In this document: piece by piece, positions 35,901 to 50,900 of the stretch
How the letters are laid out: each line of letters opens with the position of its first letter
How positions within the stretch are numbered: position 1 is the first letter of the stretch
Source: Squalus acanthias
Lineage: Eukaryota
DNA: 64,000 bases
Assembly: GCA_030390025.1 (NCBI GenBank)
Contig: CM059431.1
Coordinates: forward strand, 142,354,001 to 142,418,000
Reading direction: 5' to 3'
Notes under the pieces: generated by a model
The model's database searches: none
What the model saw: only the letters and a program-made list of their open reading frames with translations
Told to the model about the DNA's origin: nothing
Made by a program: the position numbers and the translations under genes

Positions 35901-38900
35901 GCTTTGGAGCTCCACTGTTTCTAGCTTTGGTCCACCAGAGTTTCTAGCTCTGGATCTCCACTGTTTCTAGCTTTGGATCTCCACTGTTTCTAGCTTTGTA
36001 CCTTCACAGTTTCGAGCTTCGGACCTCCACTGTTTCTAGCTTTGGATCTCCACTGTTTATAGCTTTGGACCTTCACTCTTTCTAGCTTTGGACCTCCACT
36101 GTTTCTAGCATTGGACCTTCACTGTTTCTAGCTTTGGATCTCCAGTGTTTCTAGCTTTGGACCTCCACTCTTTCTAGCTTTGGAAATTCACAGTTTCTAG
36201 CTTTGGACCTTCGCATTTTCTAGCTTTGGCCCTCCACTGTTTCGAGCATTGGATATCCATTTTTTCTATCATTGGACATTCACTCTTCCTAGCTTTGGAT
36301 CTCCACTGTTTCTAGCTTTGTCCTTCACACTTTCTAGCTTTGGACCTTCATTGTTTCTACCTTTGGTCCTCCACTGTTTATTGCTTTGGATCTCCTCTCC
36401 TTCTAGTTTTGGACCTTCACTCTTTCTTGCTTTGGAACTTCACTGTTTCTAGCTTTGGATCTTCACTGTTTCTAGCTTTGGACCTCCACTGTTTCCAGCT
36501 TTGGACATTCACTGTTTCTAGCTTTGGACCTTTACAGTTTCTAGCTTTGGACCTCCACTGTTTCTAGCTTTGGACCTTCACTGTGTCTAGCTTTGGACCT
36601 TCACTGTTTCGAGCTTTGGATCTTCACAGTTTCTAGCTTTGGACCTTCACTGTTTCTAGCTTTGGAACTTCACTGTTTCTAGCTTTGGACCACCACTGTT
36701 TCTAGCGTTGGACCTTCACAGTTTCTCGCTTTGGACCTTCACTGTTTTTGGCTTTGGACCTCCACTGTTTCTAGCATTGGACCTTCACTGTTAAGAGCGT
36801 TGGACCTTCACTGTTTCTAGCTTTGGACCTTCACTGTTTCCAGCTTTGTATCTCCACTGTTTCTAACTTTGGACCTCCACTGTTTCTAGCATTGGACCTT
36901 CACTGTTTTTGGCTTTGGACCTCCACTGTTTCTAGATTTGGAGCTCCACTGTTTCTAGCTTTGGTCCACCACAGTTTCTAGCTTTGGATCTCCACTGTTT
37001 CTAGCTTTGGATTTCCACTGTTTCTAGCTTTGGAACTTCAGTCTTTCTAGTTTGGATCTCCACTGTTTCTAGCATTGGACCTTCACTGTTTCTAGCTTTG
37101 GATCTCAACTGTTTCTGGCTTTGGACTTCAACTGTTTCGAGCATTGGATCTCCATTTCTGTCTTGCATTGGACTTGCACTCTTTCTAGCTTTGGATCTCC
37201 ACTGTTTCTAGCTTTGTCCTTCACACTTTCTAGCTTTGGACCTTCACTGTTTCTACCATTGGACCTCCACTGTTTCTTGCTTTAGATCTCCTCTCTTTCT
37301 AGTTTTGGACCTTCACTCTTTCTTGCTGTGGAACTTCACTGTTTCTAGCTTTGGATCTCCACTGTTTATAGCTTTGGACCTTCACTCTTTCTAGCTTTGG
37401 ACCTCCACTGTTTCTAGCATAGGACCTTCACTGTTTCTAGCTTTGGATCTCCAGTGTTTCTAGCTTTGGACCTCCACTCTTTCTAGCTTTGGAAATTCAC
37501 AGTTTCTAGCTTTGGACCTTCGCATTTTCTAGCTTTGGCCCTCCACTGTTTCGAGCATTGGATATCCATTTTTTCTATCATTGGACATTCACTCTTCCTA
37601 GCTTTGGATCTCCACTGTTTCTAGCTTTGTCCTTCACACTTTCTAGCTTTGGACCTTCATTGTTTCTACCTTTGGTCTACCACTGTTTATTGCTTTGGAT
37701 CTCCTCTCTTTCTAGTTTTGGACCTTCACTCTTTCTTGCTTTGGAACTTCACTGTTTCTAGCTTTGGATCTTCACTGTTTCTAGCTTTGGACCCTCACAG
37801 TTTCTAGCTTTGAACATCCAATGTTTCTAGCTTTGAACCTTCACAGTTTCTAGCTTTGGATCTTCACAGTTTCTAGCTTTGGACCTCCACTGTTTCCAGC
37901 TTTGGACATTCACTGTTTCTAGCTTTGGACCTTTACAGTTTCTAGCTTTGGACCTCCACTGTTTCTAGCTTTGGACCTCCACTGTGTGTAGCTTTGGATC
38001 TTCACTGTTTCGAGCTTTGGATCTTCACAGTTTCTAGCTTTGGACCTTCACTGTTTCTAGCTTTGGAACTTCACTGTTTCTAGCTTTGGACCACCACTGT
38101 TTCTAGCGTTGGACCTTCACAGTTTCTCGCTTTGGACCTTCACTGTTTCTAGCTTTAGACCGTCACAGTTTCTAGGTTTGGACCTTCACTGTTTCTAGCT
38201 TTGGACATTCACTGTTAAGAGCGTTGGACCTTCACTGTTTCTAGCTTTGGACCTTCACTGTTTCCAGCTTTGATCCTCCACTGTTTCTAGCATTGGATCT
38301 CCACTGTTTCTAGCATTGGACATTCACTTTTTCTAACTTTGGATCTCCACTGTTTCTAGCTTTGGACCTTCACTCGTTCTAGCTTTGGACCTTCACTGTT
38401 TCTACCTTTGGACCTCCACTGTTTCTAGCTTTGTACATTCACAGTTTCTAGCTTCGGACCACCACTGTTTCTAGCTTTGGATCTCCACTGTTTCTAGCTT
38501 TGGACCTTCTGTCTTTCTAGATTTGGACCTCCACTGTTTCTAGCTTTGGACATTCAATCTTTCTAGCTTTGGATAACCACTGTTTCTAGCTTTGATCCTC
38601 CACTCTTTCTAGCTTTGGACCTTCACTGTTTCTACCTTTGGACCTCCACTGTTTCCAGATTGGTTCTTCTCTCTTTCTAGCTTTGGACCTTCACTCTTTC
38701 TAGCTTTGGACCTTCACTCTTTCTAGTTTGGATCCTCACTGTTTCTAGCTTTGGACCTTCACTGTTTTAGCTTTGGACATCCACTGTTTCTAGTATTTGA
38801 CCTCCACTGTTTCTAGCTTTGGACCTTCACTGTTTCTAGCTTTGGACCTTCACTGTTTCTAGCTTTGGACCTCCACTGTTTCTAGCTTTTGACCTTCACT

Positions 38901-41900
38901 GTTTCCAGCTTTGTATCTCCACTGCTTCTAACTTTGGACCTCCACTGTTTCTAGCATTGGACCCTCACTGTTTCTGGCTTTGGACCTCCACTGTTTCTAG
39001 CTTTGGAGCTCCACTGTTTCTAGCTTTGGTCCACCAGAGTTTCTAGCTCTGGATCTCCACTGTTTCTAGCTTTGGATCTCCACTGTTTCTAGCTTTGTAC
39101 CTTCACAGTTTCGAGCTTCGGACCTCCACTGTTTCTAGCTTTGGATCTCCACTGTTTATAGCTTTGGACCTTCACTCTTTCTAGCTTTGGACCTCCACTG
39201 TTTCTAGCATTGGACCTTCACTGTTTCTAGCTTTGGATCTCCAGTGTTTCTAGCTTTGGACCTCCACTCTTTCTAGCTTTGGAAATTCACAGTTTCTAGC
39301 TTTGGACCTTCGCATTTTCTAGCTTTGGCCCTCCACTGTTTCGAGCATTGGATATCCATTTTTTCTATCATTGGACATTCACTCTTCCTAGCTTTGGATC
39401 TCCACTGTTTCTAGCTTTGTCCTTCACACTTTCTAGCTTTGGACCTTCATTGTTTCTACCTTTGGTCCTCCACTGTTTATTGCTTTGGATCTCCTCTCCT
39501 TCTAGTTTTGGACCTTCACTCTTTCTTGCTTTGGAACTTCACTGTTTCTAGCTTTGGACCTCCACTGTTTCTAGCTTTGGACCATCACAGTTTCTAGCTT
39601 TGGATCTTCACAGTTTCTAGCTTTGGACCTCCACTGTTTCTAGTTTTGTACCTTCAATGTTTCTAGCTTTGGATCTTCACAGATTCTAGCTTTGGACCTC
39701 CACTGTTTCTAGCTTTGGATCTTCACTGTTTCGAGCTTTGGATCTTCACAGTTTCTAGCTTTGGACCTCCACTGTTTCTAGCTTTGGAACTTCACTGTTT
39801 CTAGCTTTGGACCACCACTGTTTCTAGCGTTGGACCTTCACAGTTTCTAGCTTTGGACATTCACTGTTTCTAGCTTTAGACCGTCACAGTTTCTAGCTTT
39901 GGACCTTCCCTGTTTCTAGCTTTGGACATTCACTGTTAAGAGCGTTGGACCTTCACTGTTTCTAGCTTTGGACCTTCACTGTTTCTAGCTTTGGACCTTC
40001 ACAGTTTCTCGCTTTGGACCTTCACTGTTTTTGGCTTTGGACCTCCACTGTTTCTAGCATTGGACCTTCACTGTTAAGAGCGTTGGACCTTCACTGTTTC
40101 TAGCTTTGGACCTTCACTGTTTCCAGCTTTGTATCTCCACTGTTTCTAACTTTGGACCTCCACTGTTTCTAGCATTGGACCTTCACTGTTTTTGGCTTTG
40201 GACTTCCACTGTTTCTAGATTTGGAGCTCCACTGTTTCTAGCTTTGGTCCACCACAGTTTCTAGCTTTGGATCTCCACTGTTTCTAGCTTTGGATTTCCA
40301 CTGTTTCTAGCTTTGGAACTTCAGTCTTTCTAGTTTGGATCTCCACTGTTTCTAGCATTGGACCTTCACTGTTTCTACCTTTGGATCTCAACTGTTTCTG
40401 GCTTTGGACTTCCACTGTTTCGAGCATTGGATCTCCATTTCTGTCTAGCATTGGACTTGCACTCTTTCTAGCTTTGGATCTCCACTGTTTCTAGCTTTGT
40501 CCTTCACACTTTCTAGCTTTGGACCTTCACTGTTTCTACCATTGGACCTCCACTGTTTCTTGCTTTAGATCTCCTCTCTTTCTAGTTTTGGACCTTCACT
40601 CTTTCTTGCTGTGGAACTTCACTGTTTCTAGCTTTGGATCTTCACTGTTTCTAGCTTTGGACCTTCACAGTTTCTAGCATTGAACCTCCACTGTTTCTAG
40701 CTTTGGACCTTCACAGTTTCTAGCATTGAACCTCCACTGTTTCTAGCTTTGGACCATCACAGTTTCTAGCTTTGGATCTTCACAGTTTCTAGCTTTGGAC
40801 CTCCACTGTTTCTAGCTTTGGACCTATACTCCTTCTAGCTTTGGACATTCAATCTTTCTAGCTTTGGATCTCCACTGTTTCTAGCTTTGATCCTCTACTG
40901 TTTCTAGCATTGGATCTCCACTGTTTCTAGCATTGGACATTCACTTTTTCTAACTTTGGATCTCCACTGTTTCTAGCTTTGGACCTTCACTCTTTCTAGC
41001 TTTGGACCTTCACTGTTTCTACCTTTGGACCTCCACTGTTTCTAGCTTTGGATCTCCTCTCATTCCAACTTTGGACGTTCACTCTTTCTAGCTTTGGACC
41101 TTCACTGTTTCCATCTTTCGATCTTCACTGTTTCTAGCTTTGGACCTCCACTGTTTCTAGCTTTGGACCATCACAGTTTCTATCTTTGGATCTTCACAGT
41201 TTCTAGCTTTGGACCTCCACTGTTTCTAGCTTTGGACATTCACTGTTTCTAGCTTTGGACCTTTACAGTTTCTAGCTTTGGACCTCCACTGTTTCTAGCT
41301 TTGGACCTCCACTGTTTCTAGTTTTGTACCTTCAATGTTTCTAGCTTTGGATCTTCACAGATTCTAGCTTTGGACCTCCACTGTTTCTAGCTTTGGATCT
41401 TCACTGTTTCGAGCTTTGGATCTTCACAGTTTCTAGCTTTGGACATCCACTGTTTCTAGCTTTGGAACTTCACTGTTTCTAGCTTTGGACCACCACTGTT
41501 TCTAGCGTTGGACCTTCACAGTTTCTAGCTTTGGACATTCACTGTTTCTAGCTTTAGACCGTCACAGTTTCTAGCTTTGGACCTTCACTGTTTCTAGCTT
41601 TGGACATTCACTGTTAAGAGCGTTGGACCTTCACTGTTTCTAGCTTTGGACCTTCACTGTTTCTAGCTTTGGACCTCCACTGTTTCTAGCTTTGGACCTT
41701 CACTGTTTCTAGCATTGGACCTTCACTGTTTCTGGCTTTGGACCTCCACTGTTTCTAGATTTGGATCTTCACTGTTTCTAGCTTTGGACCATCACAGTTT
41801 CTAGCTTTGGATCTTCACAGTTTCTAGCTTTGGACCTCCACTGTTTCTAGCTTTGGACCTATACTCCTTCTAGCTTTGGACATTCAATCTTTCTAGCTTT

Positions 41901-44900
41901 GGATCTCCACTGTTTCTAGCTTTGATCCTCTACTGTTTCTAGCATTGGATCTCCACTGTTTCTAGCATTGGACATTCACTTTTTCTAACTTTGGATCTCC
42001 ACTGTTTCTAGCTTTGGACCTTCACTCTTTCTAGCTTTGGACCTTCACTGTTTCTACCTTTGGACCTCCACTGTTTCTAGCTTTGGATCTCCTCTCATTC
42101 CAACTTTGGACGTTCACTCTTTCTAGCTTTGGACCTTCACTGTTTCCATCTTTCGATCTTCACTGTTTCTAGTTTTGGACCTCCACTGTTTCTAGCTTTG
42201 GACCATCACAGTTTCTATCTTTGGATCTTCACAGTTTCTAGCTTTGGACCTCCACTGTTTCTAGCTTTGGACATTCACTGTTTCTAGCTTTGGACCTTTA
42301 CAGTTTCTAGCTTTGGACCTCCACTGTTTCTAGCTTTGGACCTCCACTGTTTCTAGTTTTGTACCTTCAATGTTTCTAGCTTTGGATCTTCACAGATTCT
42401 AGCTTTGGACCTCCACTGTTTCTAGCTTTGGATCTTCACTGTTTCGAGCTTTGGATCTTCACAGTTTCTAGCTTTGGACATCCACTGTTTCTAGCTTTGG
42501 AACTTCACTGTTTCTAGCTTTGGACCACCACTGTTTCTAGCGTTGGACCTTCACAGTTTCTAGCTTTGGACATTCACTGTTTCTAGCTTTAGACCGTCAC
42601 AGTTTCTAGCTTTGGACCTTCACTGTTTCTAGCTTTGGACATTCACTGTTAAGAGCGTTGGACCTTCACTGTTTCTAGCTTTGGACCTTCACTGTTTCTA
42701 GCTTTGGACCTCCACTGTTTCTAGCTTTGGACCTTCACTGTTTCTAGCATTGGACCTTCACTGTTTCTGGCTTTGGACCTCCACTGTTTCTAGATTTGGA
42801 TCTTCACTGTTTCTAGCTTTGGACCTTCACAGTTTCTAGCATTGAAACTCCACTGTTTCTAGCTTTGGACCATCACAGTTTCTAGCTTTGGATCTTCACA
42901 GTTTCTAGCTTTGGACCTCCACTGTTTCTAGCTTTCGACATTCACTGTTTCTAGCTTTAGACCTTTACAGTTTCTAGCTTTGGACCGCCACTGTTTCTAG
43001 CTTTGGACCTCCACTGTTTCTAGTTTTATACCTTCACTCTTTCTAGCTTTGGATCTTCACAGTTTCTAGCTTTGGACCACCACTGTTTCTAGCTTTGGAC
43101 CTCCATTGTTTCTAGCTTTGGAAAACCATTGTTTCCAGCGATGGATCTTCACTGTTTCTAGCTTTGGACCTTCACTGTTTCTACCTTGGACCTCCACTGT
43201 TTCTAGCTTTGGATCTCATCTCTTTCCAGCTTTGGATCTTCACTGTTTCCAGCTTTGGACCTTCACAGTCTCTAGCTTTGGACCTCCACTGTTTCTAGCT
43301 TTGTTGCTCCACTGTTTCTAGCTTTGGACCTCCACTGTTTCCAGCTTTGGACTTCCATTATTTCTAGCTTTGGACCACCACTGTTTCAAGCGTTGGACCT
43401 TCACTGTTTCTAGCTTTGGATCTTCACTGTTTCTAGCTTTGGACCCTCACAGTTTCTAGCTTTGAACCTTCAATGTTTCTAGCTTTGAACCTTCACAGTT
43501 TCTAGCTTTGGATCTTCACAGTTTCTTGCTTTGGACCTCCACTGTTTCTAGCTTTGGACATTCACTGTTTCTAGCTTTGGACCTTTACAGTTTCTAGCTT
43601 TGGACCTCCACAGTTTCTAGCTTTGGACCTCCACTGTTTCTAGCTTTGGACCTTCACTGTTTCGATCTTTGGATCTTCACAGTTTCTATCTTTGGACCTC
43701 CACTGTTTCTAGCTTTGGAACTTCACTGTTTCTAGCTTTGGACCACCACTGTTTCTAGTGTTGGACCTTCACAGTTTCTAGCTTTAGACCGTCACAGTTT
43801 CTAGCTTTGGACCTTCACTGTTTCTAGCTTTGGACATTCACTGTTAAGAGCGTTGGAACTTCACTGTTTCTAGATTTGGAGCTCCACTGTTTCTAGATTT
43901 GGATCTCCACTGTTTCTAGCTTTGGTCCACCACAGTTTCTAGCATTGGACCTTCACTGTTTCTAGCTTTGGATCTCCACTGTTTCTAGCTTTGGACTTCC
44001 ACTGTTTCGAGCATTGGATCTCCATTTTTGTCTAGCATTGGGCTTTCACTCTTTCCAGCTTTGGATCTCCACTGTTTCTAGCTTTGTCCTTCACACTTTC
44101 TAGCTTTGGACCTTCACTGTTTCTACCTTTGGACCTCCACTGTTTCTTGCTTTAGATCTCCTCTCTTTCTAGTTTTGGACCTTCACTCTTTCTTGCTGTG
44201 GAACTTCACTGTTTCTAGCTTTGGATCTTCACTGTTTCTAGCTTTGGACCTTCACAGTTTGTAGCATTGAACCTCCACTGTTTCTAGCTTTGGACCATCA
44301 CAGTTTCTAGCTTTGGATCTTCATTTTCTAGCTTTGGACCTCCACTGTTTCTAGCTTTGGACCTACACTCTTTCTAGCTTTGGACATTCAATCTTTCTAG
44401 CTTTGGATCTCCACTGTTTCTAGCTTTGATCCTCCACTGTTTCTAGCATTGGATCTCCACTGTTTCTAGCATTGGACATTCACTCTTTCTAACTTTGGAT
44501 CTCCACTGTTTCTAGCTTTGGACCTTCACTCTTTCTAGCTTTGGACCTTCACTGTTTCTACCTTTGGACCTCCACTGTTTCTAGCTTTGGATCTGCTCTC
44601 TTTCCAGCTTTGGACGTTCACTCTTTCTAGCTTTGGACCTTCACTGTTTCCATCTTTGGATCTTCACTGTTTCTAGCTTTGGACCTTCAGAGTTTCTAGC
44701 TTTGAACCTCCACTGTTTCTTGCTTTGGACCTTGACAGTTTCTAGCTTTGGACCTTCACAGTTTCTAGCTTTGGACCTCCACTGTTTCTAGATTTGTTCC
44801 TCCACTGTTTCTAGCTTTGGACATTCACTGTTACTAGCTTTGGATCTTCGCAGTTTCTAGCTTTGGACCTCCACTGTTTCCAGCTTTGGACTTCCATTAT

Positions 44901-47900
44901 TTCTAGCTTTGGACCACCACTGTTTCAAGCGTTGGACCTTCACTGTTTCTAGCTTTGGACCTTCACTGTTTTAGCTTTGGACCTCCACTGTTTCTAGTAT
45001 TGGACCTCCACTGTTTCTAGCATTGGCCCTTCACTGTTTCTAGCTTTGGATCTTCACAGTTTCCAGCTTTGGACCTCCACTGTTTCTAGCTTTGGAACTC
45101 CACTGTTTCTAGCTTTGGACCACCACTGTTTCCAGCGATGGATCTTCACTGTTTCTAGCTCTGGACCTTCACTGTTTCTAGCTTTGGACCTCCACTGTTT
45201 CTAGCTTTGGACATTCACTGTTTCTAGCTTTGGACCTTTACAGTTTCTAGCTTTGGACCTCCACTGTTTCTATCTTTGGACCTCCACTGTTTCTAGCTTT
45301 GGACCTTCACTGTTTCGAGCTTTGGATCTTCACAGTTTCTATCTTTGGATCTCCACTGTTTCTAGCTTTGGAACTTCACTGTTTCTAGCTTTGGACCACC
45401 ACTGTTTCTAGTGTTGGACCTTCACAGTTTCTAGCTTTGGACCTTCACTGTTTCTAGCTTTAGACCGTCACAGTTTCTAGCTTTGGACCTTCACTGTTTC
45501 TAGCTTTGGACATTCACTGTTAAGAGCGTTGGAACTTCACTGTTTCTAGCTTTGGACCTTTTACTGTTTCTAGCTTTGGACCTCCACTGTTTCTAGCTTT
45601 GGACCTTCACTGTTTCCAGCTTTGTATCTCCACTGTTTCTAACTTTGGACCTCCACTGTTTCTAGCATTGGACCTTCACTGTTTCTGGCTTTGGACCTCC
45701 ACTATTTCTAGATTTGGAGCTCCACTGTTTCTAGCTTTGGTCCACCACAGTTTCTAGCATTGGACCTTCACTGTTTCTAGCTTTGGATCTCCACTGTTTC
45801 TAGCTTTGGACTTCCACTGTTTCGAGCATTGGATCTCCATTTTTGTCTTGCATTGGACTTTCACTCTTTCTAGCTTTGGATCTCCACTGTTTCTAGCTAT
45901 GTCCTTCACACTTTCTAGCTTTGGACCTTCACTGTTTCTACCTTTGGACCTCCACTGTTTCTTGCTTTAGATCTCCTCTCTTTCTAGTTTTGGACCTTCA
46001 CTCTTTCTTGCTGTGGGACTTCACTGTTTCTAGCTTTGGATCTTCACTGTTTCTAACTTTGGATCTTCACAGTTTCTAGCATTGAACCTCCACTGTTTCT
46101 AGCTTTGGACCATCACAGTTTCTAGCTTTGGATCTTCAGTTTCTAGCTTTGGACCTCCACTGTTTCTAGCTTTGGACCTACACTCTTTCTAGCTTTGGAC
46201 ATTCAATCTTTCTAGCTTTGGATCTCCACTGTTTCTAGCTTTGATCCTCCACTGTTTCTAGCATTGGATCTCCACTGTTTCTAGCATTGGACATTCACTC
46301 TTTCTAACTTTGGATCTCCACTGTTTCTAGCTTTGGACCTTCACTCTATCTAGCTTTGGACCTTCACTGTTTCTACCTTTGGACCTCCACTGTTTCTAGC
46401 TTTGGATCTCCTCTCTTTCCAGCTTTGGACGTTCACTCTTTCTAGCTTTGGACCTTCACTGTTTCCATCTTTGGATCTTCACTGTTTCTACATTTGGACC
46501 TTCAGAGTTTCTAGCTTTGAACCTCCACTGTTTCTAGCTTTGGACCTTGACAGTTTCTAGCTTTGGACCTTCACAGTTTCTTGCTTTGGACCTCCACTGT
46601 TTCCAGCTTTGGACTTCCATTATTTCTAGCTTTGGACCACCACTGTTTCAAGCGTTGGAACTTCACTGTTTCTAGCTTTGGACCTCCACTGTTTCCAGCT
46701 TTGGACTTCCATTATTTCTAGCTTTGGACCACCACTGTTTCAAGCGTTGGACCTTCACTGTTTCTAGCTTTGGACCTTCACTGTTTTAGCTTTGGACCTC
46801 CACTGTTTCTAGTATTGGACCTCCACTGTTTCTAGCATTGGCCCTTCACTGTTTAAGCTTTGGATCTTCACTGTTTCTAGCTTTGGACCTCCACTGTTTC
46901 TAGCTTTGGAACTCCACTCTTTCTAGCTTTGGACCACCACTGTTTCCAGCGATGGATCTTCACTGTTTCTAGCTCTGGACCTTCACTGTTTCTAGCTTTG
47001 GACCTCCACTGTTTCTAGCTTTGGATCTTTATAGTTTCCAGCGTTGGACCTTCACTGTTTCTAGCTTTGGATCTCCACTTTTTCTAGCTTTGGACCTACG
47101 CTCTTTCTAGCTTTGGACATTCAATCTTTCTAGCTTTGGATCTCCACTGTTTCTAGCTTTAATCCTCCACTGTTTCTAGCATTGGATCTCCACTGTTTCT
47201 AGCATTGGACATTCACTCTATCTAACTTTGGATCTCCACTGTTTCTAGCTTTGGTCCTTCACTCTTTCTAGCTTTGGACCTTCACTGTTTCTACCTTTGG
47301 ACCTCCACTGTTTCTAGCTTTGGATCTCCTCTCTTTCTAGCTTTGGACGTTCACTGTTTCTAGCTTTGGACCTTCAGAGTTTCTATCTTTGAACCCCCAC
47401 TGTTTCTAGTATTGGACCTCCACTGTTTCTAGCATTGGCCCTTCACTGTTTCTAGCTTTGGATTTTCACAGTTTCTAGCTTTGGACCTACACTGTTTCTA
47501 GCTTTGGAACTCCACTGTTTCTAGCTTTGGACCACCACTGTTTCCAGCGATGGATCTTCACTGTTTCCAGCTCTGGACATTCACTGTTTCTAGCTTTGGA
47601 CCTTCACTGTTTCCATCTTTGGATCTTCACTGTTTCTAGCTTTGGACCTTCAGAGTTTCTAGCTTTGAACCTCCACTGTTTCTAGCTTTGGACCTTGACA
47701 GTTTCTAGCTTTGGACCTTCACAGTTTCTAGCTTTGGACCTCCACTGTTTCTAGATTTGTTCCTCCACTGTTTCTAGCTTTGGACATTCACTGTTACTAG
47801 CTTTGGATCTTCGCAGTTTCTAGCTTTGGACCTCCGCTGTTTCCAGCTTTGGACTTCCATTATTTCTAGCTTTGGACCACCACTGTTTCAAGCGTTGGAC

Positions 47901-50900
47901 CTTCACTGTTTCTAGCTTTGGACCTTCACTGTTTTAGCTTTGGACCTCCACTGTTTCTAGTATTGGACCTCCACTGTTTCTAGCATTGGCCCTTCACTGT
48001 TTCTAGCTTTGGATCTTCACAGTTTCTAGCTTTGGACCTCCACTGTTTCTAGCTTTGGAACTCCACTGTTTCTAGCTTTGGACCACCACTGTTTCCAGCG
48101 ATGGATCTTCACTGTTTCTAGCTCTGGACCTTCACTGTTTCTAGCTTTGGAACTCCACTGTTTCTAGCTTTGGATCTTTATAGTTTCCAGCGTTGGACCT
48201 TCACTGTTTCTAGCTTTGGATCTCCACTTTTTCTAGCTTTGGACCTACGCTCTTTCTAGCTTTGGACATTCAATCTTTCTAGCTTTGGATCTCCACTGTT
48301 TCTAGCTTTAATCCTCCACTTTTTCTAGCATTGGATCTCCACTGTTTCTAGCATTGGACATTCACTCTATCTAACTTTGGATCTCCACTGTTTCTAGCTT
48401 TGGACCTTCACTCTTTCTAGCTTTAGACCTTCACTGTTTCTACCTTTGGACCTCCACTGTTTCTAGCTTTGGATCTCCTCTCTTTCTAGCTTTGGACGTT
48501 CACTCTTTCTAGCTTTGGACCTTCAGAGTTTCTAGCTTTGAACCTCCACTGTTTATAGCTTTGGACTTCCACTGTTTCGAGCATTGGATCTCCATTTTTG
48601 TCTAGCATTGGACTTTCACTCTTTCTAGCTTTGGATCTCCACTGTTTCTAGCTTTGTCCTTCACACTTTCTAGCTTTGGACCTTCACTGTTTCTACCTTT
48701 GGACCTCCACTGTTTCTTGCTTTAGATCTCCTCTCTTTCTAGTTTTGGACCTTCACTCTTTCTTGCTGTGGAACTTCACTGTTTCTAGCTTTGGATCTTC
48801 ACTGCTTCTAGCTTTGGACCTTCACAGTTTCTAGCATTGAACATCCACTGTTTCCAGCTTTGGACCATCACAGTTTCTAGCTTTGGATCTTCACAGTTTC
48901 TAGCTTTGGACCTCCACTGTTTCTAGATTTGGACCTACACTCTTTCTAGCTTTGGACATTCAATCTTTCTAGCTTTGGATCTCCACTGTTTCTAGCTTTG
49001 ATCCTCCACTTTTTCTAGCATTGGATCTCCACTGTTTCTAGCATTAGACATTCACTCTTTCTAACTTTAGATCTCCACTGTTTCTAGCTTTGGACCTTCA
49101 CACTTTCTAGCTTTGGACCTTCACTGTTTCTACCTTTGGACCACCACTGTTTCTAGCTTTGGATCTCCTCTCTTTCCAGCTTTGGACGTTCACTCTTTCT
49201 AGCTTTGGACCTTCACTGTTTCCATCTTTGGATCTTCACTGTTTCTAGCTTTGGACCTTCAGAGTTTCTAGCTTTGAACCTCCACTGTTTCTAGCTTTGG
49301 ACCTTGACAGTTTCTAGCTTTGGACCTTCACAGTTTCTAGCTTTGGACCTCCACTGTTTCTAGATTTGTTCCTCCACTGTTTCTAGCTTTGGACATTCAC
49401 TGTTACTAGATTTGGATCTTCGCAGTTTCTAGCTTTGGACCTCCACTGTTTCCAGCTTTGGACTTCCATTATTTCTAGCTTTGGACCACCACTGTTTCAA
49501 GCGTTGGACCTCCACTGTTTCTAGCTTTGGACCTTCACTGTTTTAGCTTTGGACCTCCACTGTTTCTAGTATTGGATCTCCACTGTTTCTAGCATTGGCC
49601 CTTCACTGTTTCTAGCTTTGGATCTTCACAATTTCTAGCTTTGGACCTCCACTGTTTCTAGCTTTGGAACTCCACTGTTTCTAGCTTTGGACCACCACTG
49701 TTTCCAGCGATGGATCTTCACTGTTTCTAGCTCTGGACCTTCACTGTTTCTAGCTTTGGACCTCCACTGTTTCTAGCTTTGGACCTTTATAGTTTCCAGC
49801 GTTGGACCTTCACTGTTTCTAGCTTTGGATCTCCACTTTTTCTAGCTTTGGACCTTCACTGTTTCTACCTTTGGACCTCCACTGTTTCTAGCTTTGGATC
49901 TCCTCTCTTTCTAGCTTTGGACGTTCACTCTTTCTAGCTTTGGATCTCCACTGTTTCTAGCTTTAATCCTCCACTGTTTCTAGCATTGGAGCTCCACTGT
50001 TTCTGGCATTGGACATTCACTCTCTCTAACTTTGGATCTCCACTGTTTCTAGCTTTGGACCTTCACTCTTTCTAGCTTTGGACCTTCACTGTTTCTACCT
50101 TTGGACCTCCACTGTTTCTAGCTTTGGATCTCCTCTCTTTCTAGCTTTGGACGTTCACTCTTTCTAGCTTTGGACCTTCAGAGTTTCTAGCTTTGAACCT
50201 CCACTGTTTATAGCTTTGGACTTCCACTGTTTCGAGCATTGGATCTCCATTTTTGTCTAGCATTGGACTTTCACTCTTTCTAGCTTTGGATCTCCACTGT
50301 TTCTAGCTTTGTCCTTCACACTTTCTAGCTTTGGACCTTCACTGTTTCTACCTTTGGACCTCCACTGTTTCTTGCTTTAGATCTCCTCTCTTTCTAGTTT
50401 TGGACCTTCACTCTTTCTTGCTGTGGAACTTCACTGTTTCTAGCTTTGGATCTTCACTGTTTCTAGCTTTGGACCTTCAATCTTTCTAGCTTTGAACCTT
50501 CACTGTTTCTACCTTTGGACCTCCACTGTTTCTAGCTTTGGATCTTCACTGTTTCTAGCTTTGGACCTTCACAGTTTCTAGCATTGAACCTCCACTGTTT
50601 CTAGCTTTGGACCATCACAGTTTCTAGCTTTGGATCTTCACAGTTTCTAGCTTTGGACCTCCACTGTTTCTAGATTTGGACCTACACACTTTCTAGCTTT
50701 GGACCTTCACTGTTTCTACCTTTGGACCTCCACTGTTTCTTGCTTTAGATCTCCTCTCTTTCTAGTTTTGGACCTTCACTCTTTCTAGCTTTGGACCTTC
50801 ACTGTTTCTACCTTTGGACCTCCACTGTTTCTCGCTTTGGATCTCCTCTCTTTCCAGCTTTGGACGTTCACTCTTTCTAGCTTTGGACCTTCACTGTTTC

